DNA from: Macrostomum lignano
Taxonomy: Eukaryota
Assembly (NCBI GenBank): GCA_002269645.1
Contig: NIVC01000292.1
Coordinates: 310,001 to 374,000, forward strand
Direction of reading: 5' to 3'
Length of the DNA stretch: 64,000 nucleotides
Below are positions 1 to 11,067 of the stretch, one piece after another (the stretch's first letter is position 1; each line of letters starts with the position of its first letter). The translations under genes were made by a program, and so were the position numbers. Under the pieces are notes generated by a model. It was not told where the DNA came from and ran no database searches. It was given only the letters and a program-made list of their open reading frames with translations.

Positions 1-508
<508 letters not shown>

Positions 509-989
509 GTGTCCCAGTCACAAATTTGATTTTCACCGCCCGCAGGCTGACAGCGGGGGTACATGCGGTTCACTGAGGGCGGTGTTAATGCGGCCAATTT
601 ATATGCACGGAGCTGACCGCCTGTTGCCAGTGGGTGATGGGAGGGCATTGGAAAGTGCAGATTCTGGGGTGGGGAGCTTCTTGTTATAAAATGAAGCCCG
701 TATATATTAGCAACTCAAATTCAGAATTCCCCTTTCCTAGCAACAATAGTCAATCCCAGGCTGTGGGACACGCTTGCGCGCTGCCTCTGGTTCCGGGGAG
801 GGCAGAGGCAACAGATTTCCGTGGTCAATGGGAGCGGGTGGAAGGGATTATTAAAATCCCAGCACTTCTACCGTCTCTCACTCCGGATTTTTAGCCTGCA
901 CTTTTGATCCCCTTCAACCGTACGTTTTGCGTCTGATTTTTACGTCTGATCGCAAATACTGTACTTACTTATATGCACTAATTTACTTC

Positions 990-1381
<392 letters not shown>

Positions 1382-1749
1382 CGTCAATGCTCGACACAAT
1401 GAAGAACAAAGCAGAGGAGAGTCAAAGACCCCCACAGATGAGGGCAGGCAGGCACCTGACAGGAAGCTGTCACCGCGGCTCCGACAGCATTCAGCAGCTC
1501 TAAAACAAAGAAGGGCAGCGGCACTGCGGCCTGCACTTTCTGCAACTCTGCCGGCCCGCTCTGAGGAGCTCCCGCATCCGGGCGGAAGTTCGCTTTAAGC
1601 CCGAGTGCAGCCGCTGCTCCTCCGACCCGAACTCCGCTTCCGGGATGGCCTCAGCTGGGGCAGCCGCTTCGCCAGGTAATCTTATTGCCGACTGGGAGGC
1701 CGCGACAGCGCTACGAGCGTATCGTCTTGCTGGAAATTTCGTCGGCTCA

Positions 1750-2725
1750 TCTTTGTCCTCTCCCCTCTCTCCCGCCCTTCTCTCCCCTCTCTCCCGCCCT
1801 TCTCTCCCCTCTCTCCCGCCCTTCTCTCCCCTCTCTCCCGCCCTTCTCTCCCCTCTCTCCCGCTCTTCTCTCCCGCTCTTCTCTCCCCTCTCTCCCACTC
1901 TTCTCTCCCCTCTCTCCCGCCCTTCTCTCCCCTCTCTCCCGCCCTTCTCTCCCCTCTCCCGCTATTCTCTCCCCTCTCTCCCACTCTTCTCTCCCCTCTC
2001 TCCCTCTCTTCTCTCCCCTCTCTCCCACTCTTCTCTCCCCTCTCTCCCTCTCTTCTCTCCCCTCTCTCCCACTCTTCTCTCCCCTCTCTCCCGCTATTCT
2101 CTCCCCTCTCTCCCACTCCTCTCTCCCCTCTCTCCCTCTCTTCTCTCCCCTCTCTCCCGCTCTTCTCTCCCCTCTCTCCCTCTCTTCTCTCCCCTCTCTC
2201 CCGCTCTTCTCTCCCCTCTCTCCCTCTCTTCTCTCCCCTCTCTCCCTCTCTTCTCTCCCCTCTCTCCCGCCCTTCTCTCCCCTCTCTCCCGCTATTCTCT
2301 CCCCTCTCTCCCACTCCTCTCTCCCACTCTTCTCTCCCCTCTCTCCCTCTCTTCTCTCCCCTCTCTCCCGCTCTTCTCTCCCCTCTCTCCCTCTCTTCTC
2401 TACCCTCTCTCCCACTCTTCTCTCCCCTCTCTCCCTCTCTTCTCTCCCCTCTCTCCCTCTCTTCTCTCCCCTCTCTCCCGCCCTTCTCTCCCCTCTCTCC
2501 CACTCTTCTCTCCCCTCTCTCCCTCTCTTCTCTCCCCTCTCTCCCGCCCTTCTCTCCCCTCTCTCCCACTCTTCTCTCCCCTCTCTCCCTCTCTTCTCTC
2601 CCCTCTCTCCCGCTCTTCTCTCCCCTCTCTCCCGCTCTTCTCTCCCCTCTCTCCCGCTCTTCTCTCCCCCCTCTCCCGCCCTTCTCTCCCCCCTCTCCCG
2701 CCCTTCTCTCCCTTTCCTCCGTCCT
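1750..2725. repeat. CT-rich low-complexity tandem array (ctcttctctcccctctctccc-like unit)
   Basis: Polypyrimidine units of about 21 bp repeated with variation; explains the overlapping SPLS/GERGE ORFs. Confidence 0.95.
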
Positions 2726-3211
2726 TCCCACGAGCTCTGAAACGAGTCGTTGACAAGATTTAAATCCCAGCTTTACGGCCTATCAATATTTATGAGCGAG
2801 TGCATAAAACTGAGATGCTCTGTACAGCGGAAAGCGGATGGCTGGGTCCATTTAGGCAAACAGCTCTTAGTCTGAAGTGACCCAGTCAAGATGAAAACAG
2901 TGCGAACAAATGCATGCATAAAATCTGCCGGCAATTTTCCCGGCTAGGCTCGAGGATAATTCTCCCCAGGCTGGTCCCGTGGGAAGGCGGAGCAGATTGA
3001 TCCGCACTTTCCCGCGGGCGCACAGATCAGCCCCCCCCCCCTATGGTCAGTGCAAAGCTGTTCGCTCAAAATATGCGGGGGAACCGCCGCGTGATTTATT
3101 GGGCGGGGAGATCAGTGACCGGCTGGCTGTAAATCATGAGCTGCGGCTTGTGACTTCAGTAGCACTGCATCATCATTAGCTGCTTCGGTTTATGCGCACA
3201 CGGGAGCAAAG

Positions 3212-5330
3212 TGGATTGCTAGTCTGACCCTTCTGGGATGATAGGATAGAATGGATTGCTAATCTGACCCTTCTGGGATGATAGGATAGAATGGATTGCT
3301 AATCTGACCCTTCTGGGGTGATAGGATAGAATGGATTGCTAATCTGACCCTTCTGAGATGATAGGATAGAATGGATTGCTAGTCTGACCCTTCTGGGATG
3401 ATAGGATGGAATGGATTGCTAATCTGACCCTTCTGGGATGATAGGATAGAATGGATTGCTAATCTGGCCCTTCTGGGATGATAGGATAGAATGGATTGCT
3501 AATCTGACCCTTCTGAGATGATAGGATGGAATGGATTGCTAATCTGGCCCTTCTGGGATGATAGGATAGAGTGGATTGCTAATCTGACCCTTCTGAGATG
3601 ATAGGATGGAATGGATTGCTAATCTGGCCCTTCTGAGATGATAGGATAGAGTGGATTGCTAATCTGACCCTTCTGAGATGATAGGATAGAATGGATTGCT
3701 AATCTGACCCTTCTGAGGTGATAGAATGGAATGGATTGCTAATCTGACCCTTCTGGGGTGATAGAATGGAATGGATTGCTAATCTGACCCTTCTGGGGTG
3801 ATAGAATGGAATGGATTGCTAATCTGACCCTTCTGGGATGATAGGATAGAATGGATTGCTAATCTGGCCCTTCTGGGATGATAGGATAGAATGGATTGCT
3901 AATCTGACCCTTCTGAGATGATAGGATGGAATGGATTGCTAATCTGGCCCTTCTGGGATGATAGGATAGAGTGGATTGCTAATCTGACCCTTCTGAGATG
4001 ATAGGATGGAATGGATTGCTAATCTGGCCCTTCTGAGATGATAGGATAGAGTGGATTGCTAATCTGACCCTTCTGAGATGATAGGATAGAATGGATTGCT
4101 AATCTGACCCTTCTGAGGTGATAGAATGGAATGGATTGCTAATCTGACCCTTCTGGGGTGATAGAATGGAATGGATTGCTAATCTGACCCTTCTGGGATG
4201 ATAGAATGGAATGGATTGCTATTCTGACCCTTCTGGGATAATAATAATAATGGATTGCTAATCTGACCCTTCTGAGATGATAGGATAGAATGTGTCATGA
4301 ATGTGTTATTATGACTGTGTGTACTTTGCTACTGTGCTACGCCGGGCCAGTCGGCCGTCCTCTCCCCCCTCCTGAGATATTTTCTGACTCACCCATCTGC
4401 ACTTCTGCGCGTGCGTACCCCCCCCCCCTCCCTGCCTAGGCCTTTTCCGTTTAGTCAAACCCCCCTTGCTCTGTGTGCGCCCCGTGCGACCCCGCCCCAT
4501 TCTTTTGTTAGCTTTGCTGCCCCGCCCCTGTTTGTGATTGGCTGCCAGTCCCAGTCTGCCGTGCTGCGCCCCGGCGATTGGCTGGTACGGCTCATGTTTT
4601 TCCTATGCTGATGTCTAAGCCCCCTTTTCTGCCTTTATCCCGCGCCCTTAACCCCCAGTTTGCTGCCTATTTATTCGGACCCCCTTGAGACCCCATTCTC
4701 GTCGTCGTCGTGGCTCCCCGGTGATAGTGCCAGCGTTAATTGCGATACAAATACAATTAAAAGAATACCGATCAATACTACCACTGCTCTGACGGCGCTG
4801 TGTCTTGTTGTACGACCGAAATCGCGGCTGGTAAACCTTCCAATTTGCAAGTCATTTGGGTCTGCCTCTGTACTAGGCACCTTAGGAGGATTAAGTGCGT
4901 CGTACGCCGGTCCCACCCCAAGCAGCTCTGCGTCGTACGCGAGTCTGTAGGCTGTCGTGCGTCGTACGCGTGTCGGTGGAGGACCGCAGCCAGGGTCAGT
5001 ACGCGAACCCGGGTCTGGGAAAGGGGCACGAAAGGACCGAGCCCTTGAGCCCCATCACCACAAATGGATTGCTAATCTGACACTTTTGAAGGGAAAAGAT
5101 GGAATGGATTGCTAATCTGACCCTTCTGGGGTGATAGGATAGAATGGATTGCTAATCTGACCCTTCTGGGATGATAGGATAGAATGGATTGCTAATCTGA
5201 CCCTTCTGGGATGATAAGATAGAATGGATTGCTAATCTGACCCTTCTGGGATGATAGGATAGAATGGATTGCTAATCTGACCCTTCTGAGATGATAGAAT
5301 AGAATGGATTGCTAATCTATCCCTTCTAGA
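3212..5330. repeat. 40-bp minisatellite (ggattgctaatctgacccttctgggatgataggatagaat), interrupted by a solo LTR at 4293-5062
   Basis: 40-nt period from 3212 to 4292 (about 27 copies); the same unit resumes at 5063 and continues to about 5330. Confidence 0.95.
4293..5062 (+). mobile_element. Solo LTR (770 bp), probably Gypsy-type, inserted in a minisatellite
   Basis: Begins TGTCATG and ends CACCACA (TG...CA); flanked by a 4-bp direct repeat AATG (4289-4292 and 5063-5066) that duplicates part of the host unit. GC-box, ATTGG and TATTTAT motifs on + suggest orientation. Confidence 0.8.
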
Positions 5331-5996
5331 ATTCACCTATGCAATTTTACAGCAGTTTCCATGGTGCCAGAGCGCTGCAGCTGCGCAGGTGTGGCTCGGA
5401 ACTCAACAGAAGACAAGAAGTCGGCAGCTGAAACCCGGGGGGGGGGGGGTGTTGGGGTCGGGCTGGGCAAACACCCGCATCAGGGCGGCCCTTAAGGAAG
5501 CAGATCTGCTGGCGCAGGCGGATATCATTGATTTCTGGCTGCTCTATCCATCTATCTCCTAGAAGACTCTGCTCTGTTTACTCAGGAGGCCGGAGCTCGC
5601 CTCCCTGCTGTGCCTGCTGTGCTCAACCGAGAACTCAGACCCAGTAGCTGAGCTCAAGGTCCCTCTGAGCATTCATTACTTCGGCAGTTATAGTTTTGCC
5701 GAAGCGCTGCTCTATGAAGAAATGCAAATGCGGTTTGGAATTTCGATAGGGTCTAAGTTTAGAAGGGATGAGATGAGATGACTTCCTGCTGGCGGCCAGT
5801 CTTCAGGCTGCGGAGCGAATTGATTTTTTGGGAATAAATTAACTCGTCAGAAATTTTTTTGAGCGAAGATCGGCTGCGATTCTCCGAATTTATTGCGTAT
5901 TGATCGATCGAAATATTGAAGCAAGAGAATAAAAGCAGATAGGGGCGGATAGGGGGCGGATAGGGGGCGGATGAGGGCAGCCGGTTACGAGAGGCT

Positions 5997-7649
5997 TCAG
6001 CTGCGACCTCCAGCGCAGCAGAGAAGCGACACCGCAGACGTCTGCGGTCGCTTTTGTGAGTTCAAGGAGTCGGGGGAGTCGAGGGACGCGGCGGCCGGCG
6101 CGGCATCGGCTGCGGAAGTCTCCGAGCTGATGGCCTCAGCGGAGATGCCGCTGCACCTGGCGGCGGCCATGTGAGTCTGGATGGCCTGCCCCAGCAGGTC
6201 AGGGTCGATGTCCGCCCCGTAGACGTCCCAGGTCTGGCCGTTCTCGTCGAAGCTCACGTCTTTGGGCGGCGGCGGCGGCGGAGGCATTGACGAGCCGTCC
6301 GAAGGTCCGGGTACATCGGCATCGCACAGGTCGAAGCTGTGGTGGCAGGCTTCGCACAAGGAGCCGCGCCGGCAGCTGCTGCCGCCTGAAGCGCCCGACG
6401 CCGGAGGCGGTGGCGGCGGGGACGGCGTCTGTCGGCGGGGCGGCGGGGACGGCGTCTGTCGGCGGGGCGGCGGCGGCGACCGGCGCTGCTTCTGCGACGC
6501 GGTTGTCAGCGACTCCCTCGGAGCTTCTGAAGATGATGGGGCGGCGGCGGCAGCAGACAGGTGCTGCGGCATCAGCAAACGGTTCTGCTTGGGGTCGATG
6601 AAGCACACCTGCTTCCTCACGGCCTGCTGCCGCTGCTGCCGGTTCGGCGAGGAGGTCAAGCAGGGTGGCAGCGGCGGCTCGGACGGCACCGAGATGACCT
6701 CGATGAGCTGCGCCAGCTGGCTCTGCTGCACCGACTTCTCAAACTGCTGGATGCTGGCTATGATGGAGCGAATGTCGGCGTCCAAGCACACGATGCCGCC
6801 ACCGTTGTCGGTGCTGGCGGAGGTCGGCGACGTGGGTGTGGCGCGCTGCACCGGCGGCGGCGGGGACGCGTGCGCCAGCAGGACGTCCGGGGGCGGTGGC
6901 CAGTCGGCGACAGAGACGTTGCCGCAGTTGGTCTGCACGGCGTGCCGCTGGATCCGCAGTTTGAGGCTGCGCATTTTGTCCAGCAGCTGCTCGGAGCGCG
7001 ACATCTCCCTGGCGCTGGGCTGCAGCAGCCGCTCCAGGGTGGGGTTGCGGCCCGGCTGCCTGCGGCGCTGCTGGCCGGACAGCTGGCGCTGGTGGGGCTG
7101 TAAAAACGATTGATGAGGCAGCAGCGGAGGCTGGCGCTGAGACGCTGACGAGGTGGCCGGCTCCGGACAGGAGACCGAGCGGCGGGCGGCCCGCGGCTGC
7201 TTGGATCGCTGCTTTTTCTGCTGAGGCTGCTGCTGCTGCTGAGGCTGCTGAAGCTGCAGCTGCTGGGGCAACCGCGGTTTCGGCAGCGGAATCAGCGGGC
7301 TGACAATGTAGGAGTTCATCTTGTCCGCGAAGTCCGTGTCATGGTGGATGGAGGTCCGGCGCCCAGTCCGGGTGCTGATGATTGTCACGGTCTGCCGGCT
7401 GGCCGGCGCGGCTGCCTCGGCCGGCAGGTCCTCCGCGGCCTCCATTGTCCGGCTGGCGGTGGCGGCGTGACGTGCGGTCCTTTTCCTCATTTCCCCTTGC
7501 ACTTCCCCGCGCTTTAATCCGGCCCGCCAGCCGCCCCCTCCCCTGCTCAGCTCCGCAGCGGTTGGTCTGCGAGGCCTCGGGCGAATCTCGCCGCTGCGGC
7601 ACCAGCAGCGGAGAGAACTCAGGCAGTCATTCAGCAGGGCCGGCACCAA
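5997..7649 (-). CDS. GRIN_C-domain (GPRIN-like) protein, single exon; first ATG at 7490
   Basis: Low-complexity ORF ending in DVSFDENGQTWDVYGADIDPDLLGQAIQTH, matching the GPRIN C-terminal motif (DVSWDEKGMTWEVYGA...LGMAIQKH), followed by a terminal CC. Confidence 0.8.
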   Translation of the reverse strand: MVPALLNDCLSSLRCWCRSGEIRPRPRRPTAAELSRGGGGWRAGLKRGEVQGEMRKRTARHAATASRTMEAAEDLPAEAAAPASRQTVTIISTRTGRRTSIHHDTDFADKMNSYIVSPLIPLPKPRLPQQLQLQQPQQQQQPQQKKQRSKQPRAARRSVSCPEPATSSASQRQPPLLPHQSFLQPHQRQLSGQQRRRQPGRNPTLERLLQPSAREMSRSEQLLDKMRSLKLRIQRHAVQTNCGNVSVADWPPPPDVLLAHASPPPPVQRATPTSPTSASTDNGGGIVCLDADIRSIIASIQQFEKSVQQSQLAQLIEVISVPSEPPLPPCLTSSPNRQQRQQAVRKQVCFIDPKQNRLLMPQHLSAAAAAPSSSEAPRESLTTASQKQRRSPPPPRRQTPSPPPRRQTPSPPPPPPASGASGGSSCRRGSLCEACHHSFDLCDADVPGPSDGSSMPPPPPPPKDVSFDENGQTWDVYGADIDPDLLGQAIQTHMAAARCSGISAEAISSETSAADAAPAAASLDSPDSLNSQKRPQTSAVSLLCCAGGRS

Positions 7650-8379
7650 AAATTCCCCCCCCCCTGTTCAGCGCCCTGGCAGGGGGGATCTCCGCGTGAG
7701 CGAAGCTGGGGTTTGAAGAGGAAGGAGGCGGACGGAGGGGAAGAAATGAAGTCTCCCAAGACTCCCTTTCCCCTTCCACGCTTTCGCTGGGCGGGGGTCT
7801 CAGAGCTGAGTATTTTATCGCATAACGGACTCAATAATTTATGCTTGCGCGATGCGGAACACAGGGGGGGGGACGCTGAGTAGCAACCTGGCCTCAGTGG
7901 AAGCAGAGAAGAACCGCTGGCGCCCGGGCAATTTTTGTATTGTTTCACTTGGCCAGCTTGAGTTTAAGCAGGATTTTTCCTGCTCTGCTTGTTGGGAAGG
8001 TTCCGGATGCACCCTAGGAGAGAAGTTCAAATCAATTTGGGGATTATCAAGGTAACCGCGGGGAGGCATAAGATCCACAAAGACGTCATGGACAACAGGG
8101 TAGATGGCCTGCACGTCAATGCTGCATGGTTTTGGATTCCACTTATCTGCTGCAGCTAGAATTGTGGCATCTCATTAATTATTAATAAGTTAGGGTTCTC
8201 GCATTCAGCCTGGTTCCGCTCCAGTCGATTGGAAATTGGGAAACTGGCCGTGACAGCCAGGGAATTCAATTCAAGGGTTGCACTTTTATAGCTCTGTTGC
8301 TGTGTGAGCTCATCTCTGGTGTACAGCCTAAAGAATTAGCTCGCATTTGTGAGCTTCTTCACATTCGTGTGCCTGCTCA

Positions 8380-8695
8380 CCTGATAAGACTGTGTGTGCT
8401 CAACTGATGAGGCTATGTGCTCACTTAATAAAGCTGTGTGCTCACCTGATTAGGCTGTGTGCTCACCTGATGAGACTGTGTGCTCACTTAATAAAGCTGT
8501 GTGCTCACCTGATGAGACTGTGTGTGCTCACCTGATTAGACTGTGTGCTCACCTGATGAGACTGTGTGCTCACCTGATGAGACTGTGTGCTCACCTGATT
8601 AGACTGTGTGCTCACCTGATTAGACTGTGTGCTCACCTGATGAGACTGTGTGCTCACCTGATTAGACTGTGTGCTCATCTGATTATGCTGTGTGC
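8380..8695. repeat. 21-bp minisatellite (ctgtgtgctcacctgatgaga)
   Basis: About 14 tandem copies. Confidence 0.93.
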
Positions 8696-9282
8696 TCAAA
8701 TAATCCAAAAAGCCCAAAATCTACAAAATTTAGAAGCTGTCAAAAAAGGCTGCTAGCAGCTGGATCTGGAAATTTACTCCAGTCCATCTTTCCCAGCCTA
8801 GCAACTAAACCCGAGACTCCCGAGCAAATTCCACACGCCCACTCGAAAAGCGTGTCCAGTCAATCGAACAGAGTGGGGTAAGGCGATACAGCGATCGGGG
8901 ATTTTATTCCCAAGCCGATGCAGAACAGACGCACTGGGAAGGGGATTTGCGAGGCCTGGCGAGAGAAGATTAGCGAATCCCAAAGCTGGGATAAATGGGA
9001 TGGATGCTGATTTGGGGGGCTGGGGTTGGAACTCGGCTCCGCCTTCAGTCAGTCATCTGTTCTGTCTGTCTCATTTTCCTGACATTCCGCCCGCGGTGCA
9101 GATGAGCCGCTGCTCACAGCTGCCAGCCGCTCAGCTGCAAACTGATGCTCACGGGTTGCTTGTCAATTGGGTGAGCCCAACGGCTTGAACCCGCCGCTTG
9201 CAGCTGGGGGGCAGCCAAGTGTGTGGCAGGATTACGCTGGCTGTCGAGTAGGGATTCTTTATGTGGTGTAACCACGGTTCAG

Positions 9283-9788
9283 GAGAGATCTGTTCTGGGG
9301 AGATTCTCTAATCTGTTCAGGGGAGATTCTCCAATCTGTTCTGGGGAGATTCTCCAATCTGCTCTGGGGAGATTCTCCAATCTGTTCAGGGGAGATTCTC
9401 CAATCTGTTCAGGGGAGATTCTCCAATCTGCTCTGGGGAGATTCTCCAATCTGTTCAGGGGAGATTCTCCAATCTGCTCTGGGGAGATTCTCCAATCTGC
9501 TCTGGGGAGATTCTCCAATCTGTTCAGGGGAGATTCTCCAATCTGTTCAGGGGAGATTCTCCAATCTGCTCTGGGGAGATTCTCCAATCTGTTCAGGGGA
9601 GATTCTCCAATCTGTTCAGGGGATATTCTCGAATCTGTTCAGGCGAGATTCTCCAATCTGTTCAGGGGAGATTCTCCAATCTGTTCAGGGGAGATTCTCC
9701 AATCTGTTCAGGGGAGATTCTCCAATCTGTTCAGGGGAGATTCTCCAATCTGTTCAGGGGAGATTCTCCAATCTGTTCAGGGGAGATT
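9283..9788. repeat. 23-bp minisatellite (ggggagattctccaatctgttca)
   Basis: About 22 tandem copies; 23-aa periodicity in the ORF track. Confidence 0.95.
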
Positions 9789-10394
9789 ATTTAACACATT
9801 AAAAGAAGTTCCGGAAGGACTGCTGAGCAGCAGCTGTAAAAATGAACACATTAATAAGCCAGATTCCATAGGATTTGCACTAGGTCACGGATGCGGAGGG
9901 CACCCAGCCAGTCAGCAGTGGCTGGGCCTGCGCTCATATATATTTGCCTGACCTGTCAGACAGATCTCGGCAATGATAAGCAGAAATTCGAGCAAAGAGA
10001 AAACCAATTGGCACCGCAGATCTGCAGACTGAACTTTTAAATAAGAGAAAACAGTGAATATTAATAAGCATTTCTAATGGTTAATTTCAATTTTAAATAT
10101 AATAAACAAGGAAAACACTGACCAACGCAAACGTTGCTACTTAAAAACGCCGAGGATTTTGAGTAGCGACTTGAGCGCATGATGCGCGATTTAATTAATG
10201 ATTAGGAAAAGAAAACGGGAGAACTGACTGAGTTTAATAATGAAAACCACCAGAGTTGATAGCTGAAATTGGGCAAGCGAAAATCTGCGAGGCTGATAAA
10301 AAGCAAACCATTTAGCTAGTATTAGTTATTAGCAAGCACGCCAAACATTTATTTTTACCTGAAGCAAATTTTTAACCTGAATATAATTAATTTT

Positions 10395-10522
10395 TGTCTG
10401 CCTACCTGTCTGTCTGTCTGTCTCTATCTGTCTGTCAGCCTGTCTGTCTGTCTGTCTGCCTGTCTCTGTCTGTCTGCCTGCCTGTCTGTCTGTCTGCCTA
10501 CCTACCTACCTACCTACCTACC

Positions 10523-10563
<41 letters not shown>

Positions 10564-10645
10564 GCCTGCCTGTCTGTGTCTGCCTGCCTGCCTGTCTGTC
10601 TGCCTGTATCTGTCCGTCCATCTTAGTGTCTGTCTGTCTGTCTGT
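10395..10645. repeat. (CTGT)n/(CCTA)n microsatellite
   Basis: Imperfect ctgt/ctgc/ctac tetramers. Confidence 0.93.
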
Positions 10646-11067
10646 TAACCCAGCTGATAGCATTACCCTTAGCCTGAGTATTGGCCTCTCAGCAACCCCC
10701 TTGAGTCTTGGCATCTCAGAATTGCACATGGTTGAAAGCAGAAAAATTATTATTATTACGCACTATTATTTTGAAATTTGCTTGACAAAAACTCCCCATA
10801 AACTTGCGAATATGAAAACCACGCAGTCAATCAGACAGAGTCAGTTAATCTCCCAAGTCCAATAGGGTAGAAGTGCTCAACTTCGGACCCCTCGGCAAAG
10901 CCAGTCTCAATCAAACCCGAATGCCCAATCGGAGTCTCGGACACATTCAAGACGTTCAACGCGATGACAAACAGAATAATAATAGCAGAAGTTCAGCTCG
11001 TGTCCTTGGCAGTCCGGGGCGGGGGGAGAGGCAAACGTTGTTGCCATGGCAACGGGGATGAGGAGCC

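Noticed and set aside
1382-1745. GC-rich, coding-looking island between two simple repeats
   Set aside because: No recognisable motif in any frame and no consistent splice partners; it could be an exon of a gene outside the window but I cannot support a call.
6199-7699. Multiple antisense or alternative-frame ORFs overlapping GC-rich genes (also over HDAC3, GST, P450 and TTC30 exons)
   Set aside because: Expected by-product of high GC3 codon usage, which suppresses stops in other frames; no independent motifs.
8380-8695. CTGATGAG followed by a GAG...CTC stem in the 21-bp repeat, resembling a hammerhead ribozyme core
   Set aside because: The required GAAA after stem II is absent (ACCT instead) and stems I and III are not evident.
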